Source: Opitutia bacterium (GTDB lineage Bacteria > Verrucomicrobiota > Verrucomicrobiia > Opitutales > T3Sed10-336). Taken from it: DNA of 64,000 nt. Below, piece by piece: positions 41,224 through 50,597 of this stretch; position 1 is the first letter of the stretch, and the number at the start of each line of letters is the position of its first letter. The translations under genes were made by a program, and so were the position numbers. The notes beneath the pieces were generated by a model. It was not told the DNA's origin. It worked only from the letters and a program-made list of their open reading frames with translations, and did not search any database. The stretch covers positions 64,001-128,000 of the forward strand of contig JBJHCF010000003.1 in the NCBI GenBank assembly GCA_050506795.1, in the 5' to 3' direction.

Positions 41224-41376
41224 AGACTATTCGCTAAGAAATAGAGAGATCATAGCTCGGGTCTGGAGGACAGACCGCTACTCGTTTAAGGCGCCCGATC
41301 GTAGCATCCCGCCTTGCCGGAATGAACCCCCGGAACAGGAACCTTCAGCCACAGATCTCGAGCCGTCGGTCTTACA

Positions 41377-41517
41377 ACTAATCTTCACTAATCAGCACTA
41401 ATAAATGCATTACAGACAGCCACAGCTATCGATTTCATTCACCCGGGGCTAAACCACGGCAAGCATCATTTTTGTACCAGGTTTTTGATTAGTGTGAATT
41501 AGTGTCAATCAGTGGTT
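41377..41517. repeat. Inverted pair of short-period (C)ACTAAT repeats
   Basis: actaatcttcactaatcagcactaat ... gattagtgtgaattagtgtcaatcagtgg. Confidence 0.65.
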
Positions 41518-41706
41518 CTCAAAACTCTCGGGAAGGATCTAACGCATTCCGCATCGGACAGTATTCTTAACCTCGCGCCATTCGAATCAGCTCCACGTTT
41601 TCGACACCGAATGGGGTCGGGCCCTGTCTTGGCTTCATTCTTCAGGCCGGCGAGGGAATCATCCGGGCTTTCGACCGCGAGAAGATACCCTTCGTTCTCT
41701 GGAAAC

Positions 41707-41745
41707 AAAAGGGGCGTCACCAATGACCGGCGACGCCCCTTTCTT
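41707..41745 (-). terminator. Terminator (possibly bidirectional) downstream of the MFS gene
   Basis: aaaa-ggggcgtcacc...ggcgacgcccc-tttctt. Confidence 0.7.
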
Positions 41746-41773
41746 CAACTATGAACGGTTTTATTCGTGCAAA

Positions 41774-43492
41774 TCAGTCACCGACCTTTTCCAGATGAAC
41801 CGCCTTGTAACCGCCTTTGCGACGATCACTCAGGAACATCAAGCCGAAGAATACCACCATGATAAGCGGAACCCAGGCGAGCTGTTTGATCGCTCGTTGA
41901 CCGGCATAACCTTCGGCCGGTCCCATGATGGTGTTGGACAGGTAAGCGGCGTGGAAGATGCTTTGTCCGGCAAAGGCGGCCACATCGGAGGGATCGCCTT
42001 CCGCCGCGGCTCGAACCCGTTCCCCGAAAGCTTCACGTGCGGCCGCCAATTCGGCGGTGGCGAGCACCGCGGTGTCGTGCCCCTCGGCGACGAGAATTCG
42101 ATCGCCTAAACCGAGCACGGTTCCGCCCACGGCACGCAGAGCCTGTGGAGCCGCAGTGCCGGCGATTTCGCCGTCGGCTTCAATCCCGGCCAAGGCTTCC
42201 GCAGCCATGTTCATGGCGCGTTCAGCGTCCGCCTGGGTGTAACCCAATTCCTCCACCGGGTTTTCCGCTTGTGCCGCCTGTTGAATGTGGGCGGGGAAAG
42301 TCTCGGTGATGGTTTCCAGAAGCGTGACTGTGGTCTCGCGCCGCTCTTCATTGAGGAAGGAAGCGAGCTGTCTGTCCCCCAGGGCGCCAACCCCCATGTT
42401 CCCCAGCGTGCCGGCGGAAAGGAGTCCGATTCCACAGGTCAAAACGATACCAAGCGAACCGGTCTTGGGCAGCCGCTCGGAAACCAGTCCGACAATGGTG
42501 GGGAAGAAGAAGGCAACGCCGGCGCCGAAGAAGGTGGCGGAAAGGAAGCCAACGGCCGTGCTTTCAGCGATGCCGAACAGGAAAATGCCGATGCAGGTGG
42601 AGAGCGCCGCAAGGGAAAGCAACGCGGGAGGGGAGATGCGGGCCAGGATGGGACCAGACATGAAACGAAGGACCATCATGATGCCCGAGACCCAGGCGAG
42701 CATCAGCAAGCCGGGGAGTTCGACGGCGCTGTAGATCGCGGGAATCCAACGGCCAATTCCCAACTCCAGACCGATGGCGATCGCCATCACGATCAAAAAC
42801 GCGTACATCAGCGGGCTGGTAAAGGTGAAGCGGAACATTTCCTTTACCGGCAACCCGGCTTCGGCGTTCTCCGTCTTGGGGAACTTTTGCGGCAGCACCA
42901 TGACGCCGTAGATGATAACCGGGATGTAGATCAGGGCCACATAGAAGGTCCAGTGACCGATGAACGTGCTCGGTTCAAAACGGGCCAGGAAGGTGGCGAT
43001 CAGCGCACCCCCCACGATGCCCAGCGGGAAAAAGGCGTGAAATATATTCAACATGTGCGCCTTCCGCCGCGTATACATGGCGGCTGTCAGCGGGTTGCCC
43101 GAGACCTCGATCATACCGTTGCCGATGGCTAGAAGAGCGGCTCCCAGCATCAAAACCCAGAATGCCATATCCGGCGACTCCCGGAACAATACGGCGCTGA
43201 TCATCACGGTGACTCCGAGCAGGTGTCCCAGAAAGGCCGCCCAGGTGGCCTTTTTCATGCCGAGGCCCTCCAGTAGCGGGCCGATAACCAGCAATGAAAT
43301 CGCCATTCCCCAGATAGCAGCGCCGGCGATGGCACCGACCTGCAGGTTGGTCAGAATGAATTCGACCTTTAATTGGGGGATAATGCTGGCGATCAGCGAG
43401 AAGGATGCCCCCGTTGGAATAAGGGCAAGACAGATACCGGAGAACAAGCGTGTCCGGTGAATACCATTGGATTGGGTCTGAGGTTCGTTCAT
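41774..43492 (-). CDS. MFS sugar transporter with a large soluble insertion before the last TM helix
   Basis: ~12 TM helices, GNGMIEVSGNPL, HAFFPLGIVGG, FFFPTIVGLVSERLPKTG. Confidence 0.85.
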   Translation of the reverse strand: MNEPQTQSNGIHRTRLFSGICLALIPTGASFSLIASIIPQLKVEFILTNLQVGAIAGAAIWGMAISLLVIGPLLEGLGMKKATWAAFLGHLLGVTVMISAVLFRESPDMAFWVLMLGAALLAIGNGMIEVSGNPLTAAMYTRRKAHMLNIFHAFFPLGIVGGALIATFLARFEPSTFIGHWTFYVALIYIPVIIYGVMVLPQKFPKTENAEAGLPVKEMFRFTFTSPLMYAFLIVMAIAIGLELGIGRWIPAIYSAVELPGLLMLAWVSGIMMVLRFMSGPILARISPPALLSLAALSTCIGIFLFGIAESTAVGFLSATFFGAGVAFFFPTIVGLVSERLPKTGSLGIVLTCGIGLLSAGTLGNMGVGALGDRQLASFLNEERRETTVTLLETITETFPAHIQQAAQAENPVEELGYTQADAERAMNMAAEALAGIEADGEIAGTAAPQALRAVGGTVLGLGDRILVAEGHDTAVLATAELAAAREAFGERVRAAAEGDPSDVAAFAGQSIFHAAYLSNTIMGPAEGYAGQRAIKQLAWVPLIMVVFFGLMFLSDRRKGGYKAVHLEKVGD

Positions 43493-43796
43493 ATCGTTTT
43501 GGTTGATGAATTAAGGGTTTCGACGAATCGCGGAATACTTATATAGATTGATTTCTTTTCCAAGAGAAAATTTGAATCAGTGTATTGAACCGCCACAATG
43601 GTGGATTTCCATGCCCTTGTGACCTTTAACGCCTTGATGCTTTACATTTTTCCGGGAACCGGTCGACACTGAACTGGACTAAAAACGCATTGCGGGTTTC
43701 ACTGAAATGATCGACGGATACATCAGCAAGTAAATTTCACCGGATAACGTCAATCCGCGCCAAAGCATTCGCCTGGCGACGACAAACAAGAATCCA

Positions 43797-44591
43797 ATGC
43801 CAGATATGAAAAACAATCACCTCAATCTCCTTAAGGCGGCCTTCCTCGGGGCCATTGCCTGTGCCGCCGGCACTCAGTTTGCCGGCGCCGAAGAATTGCC
43901 GGCGGACTCCACTGAGCCCATGGGGCAGACGTTTTCCGACCCCGCGGAGGCGGATGTGTTGCGCGTCCTGTTGGCCGGAGCGGGTGATCATCACCACTTT
44001 CCACGTTACTTTTTGGGGACGGACTCCGAGACCTTGAATGCGGTCGAAGGGATTGAAACCGCGGCGACTCCCAACCTTCGGGAGACGCTGGAATTATTGC
44101 CTCAGGCCGATGTTGTCGTTTTCAGCGGAAATCACCGGATGTACGGCCGAGGGGCTTTCCAGGATGCGTTGCGCGCTCATGCCGACGCGGGGAAAGGGAT
44201 CGTGCTCGTACACGCGGCGGTATGGGTGCACGACTGGGACGGATACAATGAACGGTTCGTGCAGGGCGGTTCCCGCAGCCACGGTTTTGGTGAAATCGAG
44301 GCGACGGTCCTGAAATCCGACCACCCGGTGACGGCAGGAGTCCCGGAAACGTTCACCATCGTGGACGAGAGTTACCACCATTACTTTCAGGAGGGCGCTG
44401 ATGTCGAGGTTCTCGTCGAGAACGCTCCGGACGGTCAAACCGACCGCCCGCACGCCAGCGTTTGGGTGGTAAACGATTCCGAGGCGCGAATTGTTTGCAT
44501 CACCTTCGGACACGATGGACGGGCTCATGACAATCCCGCGTATCAGACCTTGTTGACGAATGCCGTCAAATGGGTCGCCGGTAAAGAATGA
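43797..44591 (+). CDS. Secreted ThuA-like domain protein
   Basis: Signal peptide; GKGIVLVHAA, HPVTAGVPETFTIVDESY, RIVCITFGHD. Confidence 0.85.
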   Translation: MPDMKNNHLNLLKAAFLGAIACAAGTQFAGAEELPADSTEPMGQTFSDPAEADVLRVLLAGAGDHHHFPRYFLGTDSETLNAVEGIETAATPNLRETLELLPQADVVVFSGNHRMYGRGAFQDALRAHADAGKGIVLVHAAVWVHDWDGYNERFVQGGSRSHGFGEIEATVLKSDHPVTAGVPETFTIVDESYHHYFQEGADVEVLVENAPDGQTDRPHASVWVVNDSEARIVCITFGHDGRAHDNPAYQTLLTNAVKWVAGKE

Positions 44592-44826
44592 GGCGGTGCG
44601 TTTTGGTTTGCGCTGACGTGATTCCCCGTCACGCGGCCCGCAGCGCCATTTTTCCTTTTTTCAGCGAATCTTCTGAGCGTCGCAAAAATACAAGAATCAG
44701 TCGGAAATTTACAAGCTATATCCCGTTTCCATAGGGTAGGCTCTTCTTTTGTTCTTAATTTCTTCTTAAGTCGCCCGGTTTGTGTTGTTTCATCCGGGTT
44801 TTCACCCTCAATCAAAGCATACCGAT

Positions 44827-45684
44827 ATGTCTTCCCTCACTTTTGGCGCCAGCACCTGGCTATGGACTTCGCCGTTTAAAACCGCCGCCGCGGAAGAGCT
44901 CTTTCCCCGGATTCGGGAAATGGGTTTCGGCTTGGTGGAATTGCCGATCGAGGATCCCGGCTTGATCGATGTCGATCGTGTGCGATCTCTTTTGGATGAG
45001 AATGGCTTGAAAGCAGTGGTCTGCGGCGCTTTCGGGCCCGGCCGCGATCTCACCCATCCCGAGGCGGCCGTCCGGCAGGAGTCACTGGGCTACATCGAGC
45101 GCTGCCTGGATATCTGCTCCGGGGTGGGCGCGGCTTTTTTCGCCGGTCCGATGTACTCCCAGGTCGGAAAAGTGCGCCAACTTTCTCCCGAGGACCGGCA
45201 AAAGGATTGGGATATGGCGGTGGATGGGATTCGTCAGGCGGCGGAAATGGCCGCGGCACGCGACCTTTCCCTGGCGATCGAGCCGCTCAATCGCTTTGAA
45301 AGCGACCTGGTGAACACGGCGGCGGACGCGGTCCGCATGGTGAACGATATTGGGCATCCGGCGGCGCGGGTGATGCTGGACAGTTTTCACATGACGATTG
45401 AAGAGGAGGACCTGGAGGCGGCCATCCTTCATGCCGGCGATCAGCTGTTGCACGTGCAGGTTTCGGAGAATCACCGCGGGATTCCGGGAACCGGTCTCAC
45501 CGATTGGGCGGCGTTCGCCCGCGGTCTGAAAGGCGCCAATTACCGCGGTGCGGTCGTGATCGAAAGCTTTACACCGGAAAACCGGGATCTCGCGGCTGCC
45601 GTTTGTATTTGGAAGCGCCGGTGCGATGATCAGAACGTGTTTGCCCGTCAGGGGCTGGACTTTCTGAAAAAGGCCCTGGCTTGA
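44827..45684 (+). CDS. Ketose 3-epimerase-like (D-tagatose/D-psicose 3-epimerase family) TIM barrel
   Basis: IEPLNRFE, LDSFHMTIEE, HVQVSENHRGIPGTG, VIESF; start at ATG 44827. Confidence 0.85.
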   Translation: MSSLTFGASTWLWTSPFKTAAAEELFPRIREMGFGLVELPIEDPGLIDVDRVRSLLDENGLKAVVCGAFGPGRDLTHPEAAVRQESLGYIERCLDICSGVGAAFFAGPMYSQVGKVRQLSPEDRQKDWDMAVDGIRQAAEMAAARDLSLAIEPLNRFESDLVNTAADAVRMVNDIGHPAARVMLDSFHMTIEEEDLEAAILHAGDQLLHVQVSENHRGIPGTGLTDWAAFARGLKGANYRGAVVIESFTPENRDLAAAVCIWKRRCDDQNVFARQGLDFLKKALA

Positions 45685-45724
45685 GTCATAACCTTAACCC
45701 TACACGAAGAAAATAAGGAACCGT

Positions 45725-46855
45725 ATGAGCGATAAGAAATTCAATGTAGCCATTGTGGGTCTCGGCTTTGGCGCCGAGTTTATCCCCATCTATCAGAAGC
45801 ATCCGAATGCCAATATGTACGCCATTTCTCAGCGTACCAAAGAGAAGCTCGACGCGGTAGGCGACCAGTTCGGAGTGGAAAAGCGCTACACCGACTACGC
45901 GGAACTGCTGCAGGATCCGAATGTGGACTATGTTCACATCAACAGCCCGATCGGCGATCACGGGCGGATGAGCATTGAGGCTCTGAAGGCCGGCAAGCAT
46001 GTGGCGTGCACGGTGCCGATGGCCACGACGATCGAGGAGTGCGAGCAGATCGTGGACCTGGTTAACCAGACGGGCCTGAAGTACATGATGATGGAGACGG
46101 TGGTCTACAGCCGTGAGTACCTCTTTGTGAAGGAGCTTTACGACAAGGGCGAACTCGGCCGTATCCAGTGGCTGCAGGCATCGCACCCCCAGGACATGGA
46201 GGGCTGGCCCAGTTACTGGGAATCGATGATCCCGATGCACTACGCGACGCACGTGGTGAGTCCGATGCTGGGACTGACCAAGGGCGATGCGGAGTTCGTC
46301 TCATGTTTCGGTTCAGGAAGAATCGAGGAGCGGCTGGCCAAAAAGTCCGGCTGTCCGTACGCGGTGGAGTCGTGCCACATCCAGCTCAAGGACTCGGACG
46401 TTTCGGCGCATATCTACCGGTCGCTTTTTGACACGGCGAGGCAGTATCGCGAGTCGATCAATGTGTACGGCACGAAGAAGAGCTTCGAGTGGCCGCTGAT
46501 CGAGGGAGAGGACCCGGTGATCCACACCGCGAAGAAACCCGAGCCGGAGATTCCCGAGCGGGTGAAGGTCCCCGATTACGGTCATTTGCTGCCGGATGAG
46601 ATCGCACCGTTCACCCAGGCGGGGGTGTACGACGCGGAGGACCACGCCCACCTGTCGTTTGTGCAGGGTGGCGGACACGGCGGGTCGCACCCGCACATGT
46701 GCCACGAGTTTCTGATGGCGCTGTTGGAGGATCGCGATCCGTTCCCCAACGCGCGGCAATCGGCGAACTGGACTTGCACCGGGCTGTGTGCGCACGAGTC
46801 GGCAATGAAAGGCGGGCAGATCGTGAAACTGCCGGCATTCACCCTGTCGAAGTAA
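45725..46855 (+). CDS. Gfo/Idh/MocA family oxidoreductase
   Basis: VAIVGLGFG, ALKAGKHVAC, PMHYATH, GGHGGSHPH. Confidence 0.88.
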   Translation: MSDKKFNVAIVGLGFGAEFIPIYQKHPNANMYAISQRTKEKLDAVGDQFGVEKRYTDYAELLQDPNVDYVHINSPIGDHGRMSIEALKAGKHVACTVPMATTIEECEQIVDLVNQTGLKYMMMETVVYSREYLFVKELYDKGELGRIQWLQASHPQDMEGWPSYWESMIPMHYATHVVSPMLGLTKGDAEFVSCFGSGRIEERLAKKSGCPYAVESCHIQLKDSDVSAHIYRSLFDTARQYRESINVYGTKKSFEWPLIEGEDPVIHTAKKPEPEIPERVKVPDYGHLLPDEIAPFTQAGVYDAEDHAHLSFVQGGGHGGSHPHMCHEFLMALLEDRDPFPNARQSANWTCTGLCAHESAMKGGQIVKLPAFTLSK

Positions 46856-46888
46856 ACCGGACCGCGTCCGCGAGTTACCGGGAAAGTG

Positions 46889-46928
46889 AAAAGAATGCCG
46901 CCGCTTGTCGAAGCGGCGGCATTCTTTT
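46889..46928. terminator. Bidirectional terminator
   Basis: Perfect inverted repeat aaaagaatgccgccgctt-gtcg-aagcggcggcattctttt between convergent genes. Confidence 0.9.
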
Positions 46929-47008
46929 GTTTCCCGCCCAGGGTGCGAAGGGGGGATTTGTCGGCGCCTCCGGCCGGGGAAGGTCATGCGCGTTGCGATT
47001 TCGGCCGG

Positions 47009-48214
47009 TTAGCCGCCGCGTTGTCGAAAGGTGCTGGGTGCGGTTCCGTTCAATCGTTTGAAGGCGCGGGAAAAGGAAAAAGCGTCCGAATACCCGGTCA
47101 TTTCGGCGATCCGTTCGAGCCGGTAGTCCGAATTGAGCAGCAGTTCGCGGGCCTGACGGATTCGGATTTCCTCGATGAGGCCGCCCGGGGATTTGCCGAA
47201 CAGCCTTTCACTCTCCCGGTAAAGGCGGGAAGTTGATATTCCCGCCAGGCGAGCCAGATCGTTCACGGACGGGCGTGAGGTAAGGTTTTCCTCAAGCTCG
47301 CGGAGAGCGGCGTTCAGACGCTCGCGGGAGGCGTTGAGCTTTCGGGGCATCCCAAGCGCGCTGACACGGCGCTCGATGCACAGTGCGATGAGTTCCGCCA
47401 AATGAGTGAGGGCGGCATCGCCATACGCTCCCGGTTGGCGAACTTCGGCGCGGAAGTACTGGCAGTAATCGACCAGGTCCTGAAGGGGGAACAGGTTGCT
47501 GTGCCTTAATTCCCCGATGATGTCCTGCCCAAAGCTCATGGCATCGATATGAAGCCAGAGAAATTCGGTCGCGTCCTCCGCGCGATACGATCCGATCGTT
47601 CCCGAAGGAATGAGGAAGGTGCAACCTTCGTCCAAAGTGCGGTGGGCGGATGGGTCCGTGGTAAAAACCAGGCTTCCGCGGATAACCATGCTCAGAAAGT
47701 GAAATCTGGCCGGATGGCGCTCCACGCTGTAGCCTTTATGGGTGTGGGTGAATCCGCCCAACAGGATACCCTTGGCCCGCAATTGAGCCAGGCCACGGGT
47801 TCCGGAATGGAGAAATCGTTCGTTGCTGCCGCGGGGGATGGAAATCTTTTCCTGGACCGATTGATTGCGGTAACGGATATGGGTCACTTCGACCGAACCG
47901 GTGCCGCGGATGAGCGTCAGGTGTCCTTCAAACTGAATTTCCGTCGCTTCGCTCAGGTGGGGCAGGACCCACTTGGAGAATCCGGCGGCGGTCCGGGTGG
48001 CGGCGTCCAGGGCGATTATGCCATGGACGCTTTCCGGCTGCGGAGCCTGTGCCGCGATTCGTCTGTTTTCGATCAGGAGAATTCGCCGCTCCCTTTCGGA
48101 AGTGCGAAAGAGTGCTTCGAGAGACGTTTCGCCGGTGAGAGCAATGTCGAATTTCATCGTCCGCAGGGAGCGGACGATGTGACCGGGCAGGCTCTCGGGC
48201 AGGAGCATTCTCAT
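47009..48214 (-). CDS. AraC-family transcriptional regulator with an extra N-terminal region
   Basis: C-terminal SVNDLARLAGIS...IAEMTGYSDAFSFSRAFKR HTH; cupin-like middle region. Confidence 0.88.
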   Translation of the reverse strand: MRMLLPESLPGHIVRSLRTMKFDIALTGETSLEALFRTSERERRILLIENRRIAAQAPQPESVHGIIALDAATRTAAGFSKWVLPHLSEATEIQFEGHLTLIRGTGSVEVTHIRYRNQSVQEKISIPRGSNERFLHSGTRGLAQLRAKGILLGGFTHTHKGYSVERHPARFHFLSMVIRGSLVFTTDPSAHRTLDEGCTFLIPSGTIGSYRAEDATEFLWLHIDAMSFGQDIIGELRHSNLFPLQDLVDYCQYFRAEVRQPGAYGDAALTHLAELIALCIERRVSALGMPRKLNASRERLNAALRELEENLTSRPSVNDLARLAGISTSRLYRESERLFGKSPGGLIEEIRIRQARELLLNSDYRLERIAEMTGYSDAFSFSRAFKRLNGTAPSTFRQRGG

Positions 48215-48496
48215 CGATTACTTGATCGCGTCAGGAAAGATTTTGACATGGAAATGGATTCAATTCAACTAGACGGAAAACGCCGGAATAGCAAGTTTTA
48301 ATGGATACTGCTGATGTTGCGTTGTTTTCGCAACAAACACCGGTGCAATAAATTGACATGCATTCGGGAAATTCAGCCATTCCGGAAAGTGGGAGAAATC
48401 GGTAGGCTGACGGTTATGTTGATTTTCCGTCGTCGATCGACGGCTCGAAGCGGTTCACAGCTCCGAAGCTGGAAATCAACGCTGTTCCTGAAACGA

Positions 48497-50524
48497 ATGA
48501 TCCTGAAAACAGAAAGTCAGTGTGAGGTCGGCGCCGGATCCGGGCGCGTTCGATGCGACCGGAGCCTCTGTGTTTGCGGCGTTGTTTCATGCGTCTTGGC
48601 TACTTGTCTTATCGAGGGATTCGCCGGCACCGCGGCCTATTGGACACTGGAGGAAGGTCCGCCGGCTTACAACGTTCCGGCGGAGGCGGATGCCGTTTGG
48701 GATGTTTCCGGGAACGGAAATCACCTTCGCCCGTTTGCCGATTGGACGTCGCCGGCCTACCTGTCCGACACCCCCTTCAATCCCGTGCCCCAAACTGGGG
48801 AGGCCAATCACCTTTCGGTACATTTCACTCCCAATCGCGATTTGTTCACCGATGGAAAGCCGATCAATTCCAGGACCTTCAGCGCCTGGACCATCGAGGC
48901 CTCCTTTAAACCTCACGCGACGAATCGCTGGCAGGTAGTGGTGGGCAAGGACGGCAATCCCATCGGTACGGCGCCGCCCGTGGCCTTGAAGATCCGGGGC
49001 AGCGACGGCCGCCTGGAAATGGGGGTGGTCGACGGTTCCGCAGTTTCGCGAACGGCTTCCAGCCGCGCTCCATTGCAGTCGGGGGAATGGTACGCCGCTG
49101 CCGGGGTCGCTACGTCTTTGTCCCTGGCGCTCTGGTTAAAGGAACCGGGGGATTCGATGTACGTCTTGCAAGAGACGGTTCCTATAAACGGCGCCTTTTA
49201 CAATGGCTATTCGGGAATCAACCGGACCTGGACTGTCGGGCGCGGGATGTGGGCTGGCTCGCTGGCCGACTGGTTCGACGGGGCGATAGGGCAGGTGAGG
49301 ATTTCAGAAGTCGCCCGTGACCCCGCTGAATTTTTGGGCCATTGGGAGCCCGCGACCGAACCGGATAAGCTCGCACCTGAAGCCGTGGTCGTCCCGGTTA
49401 GGGAGGGGCGAGGTCTGACGCGATATCTGGGCATGGAAACAGGAGTGGCCAAGCCGGGAGAACTGCTTTTACTCGATCGGTCCGCCGACCTCTTAACCTG
49501 GAACCGGGCGTCCGTCGTCTTCGAGGAAGCGAGCGATGACGATCGGGTGCTGTTGGTCAGTAATGTCCGAATCGACGACCATATGCGGCATCATTTACGC
49601 GCCCGGGTGGTGCGGGAGACGCCCGTTATGGATCCGGCGAATCCTTTCCTCCAGGGCGCCGATCCCGATGTGCTCCTCGTGGGAGACACGGTCTGGGTTT
49701 ATCCGACCTATCGCTCGGGCGACCGGCGGTTTTTCGCGTATTCGTCGACGGACCTCGTGCATTGGAACGTCCACGGCCCGGTTCTGGATTACGAGAACGT
49801 CGATTGGATGCCTTCGGACAAACACGCCTGGGCGCCGGGTGTCGCTGAGAAAGACGGCCAGTATTTCCTTTATTTCTCCGGCGGACCAAAACCCTCCTCC
49901 ATCGGGGTCGCGGTGGCGGATTCTCCCGCCGGCCCCTTTATCGACAGCGGACAGCCCCTGTTGCAGGACCGCGGGGACCCCGGATTTGAAGCGATTGACG
50001 CCATGGTATTCACCGATCCCAAGTCGGGTGTATCATATCTTTACGCCGGGGGCAGCGCCGGGGCCACGTTGAGGGTCTTCAGGTTGAGCGACGATAGGGT
50101 TGCCTTGAGCCGCGAACAGTCGGTGGCCACCCCCCAGAATTTCACCGAAGCGCCCTTCATGCATTACCGCGATGGCACGTACTACATTTCCTACAGCCAG
50201 GGTTACTGGAGGGACGCCTCTTACCGGGTCCATTACTCCACTGGTTCGAGCCCTACGGGTCCTTGGACTTACCGGGGAGTGATCCTTGAAAGCGACGATC
50301 AACACAAAGGTCCCGGGCACCATTCCGTTCTGCTCAATCCTCATTCCGACGAGTGGTACATCATCTATCACCGCTGGAACAATCGAACCGGTTCCGGTCC
50401 CTACGACGGCGAGCGAATGGTGGCCATCGATCGTCTGGAGTACGACGAGGAGGGTTTGATTGTTCCGGTGACAATGACCGACACCGGCGTGGGCCCCGTG
50501 TCCCTGGGAACGGAGGAGAATTGA
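48497..50524 (+). CDS. LamG-like domain + glycoside hydrolase family 43
   Basis: GH43 motifs ADPD, AWAP, AIDAMVF, FTEAPF, GPGHHS; N-terminal LamG (WTIEASF...WTVGRG). Start uncertain. Confidence 0.88.
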   Translation: MILKTESQCEVGAGSGRVRCDRSLCVCGVVSCVLATCLIEGFAGTAAYWTLEEGPPAYNVPAEADAVWDVSGNGNHLRPFADWTSPAYLSDTPFNPVPQTGEANHLSVHFTPNRDLFTDGKPINSRTFSAWTIEASFKPHATNRWQVVVGKDGNPIGTAPPVALKIRGSDGRLEMGVVDGSAVSRTASSRAPLQSGEWYAAAGVATSLSLALWLKEPGDSMYVLQETVPINGAFYNGYSGINRTWTVGRGMWAGSLADWFDGAIGQVRISEVARDPAEFLGHWEPATEPDKLAPEAVVVPVREGRGLTRYLGMETGVAKPGELLLLDRSADLLTWNRASVVFEEASDDDRVLLVSNVRIDDHMRHHLRARVVRETPVMDPANPFLQGADPDVLLVGDTVWVYPTYRSGDRRFFAYSSTDLVHWNVHGPVLDYENVDWMPSDKHAWAPGVAEKDGQYFLYFSGGPKPSSIGVAVADSPAGPFIDSGQPLLQDRGDPGFEAIDAMVFTDPKSGVSYLYAGGSAGATLRVFRLSDDRVALSREQSVATPQNFTEAPFMHYRDGTYYISYSQGYWRDASYRVHYSTGSSPTGPWTYRGVILESDDQHKGPGHHSVLLNPHSDEWYIIYHRWNNRTGSGPYDGERMVAIDRLEYDEEGLIVPVTMTDTGVGPVSLGTEEN

Positions 50525-50597
50525 ACAAGTCCGGGTTTGGCTCACAAGGGCCGTTGTATTCGCCCGACCTTTTTTCGAACCAACACAAAGACACCTT

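Noticed and set aside
41097..41517. Repeats as a CRISPR array
   Set aside because: No regularly spaced 25-45-bp direct repeats with unique spacers, and no cas genes.
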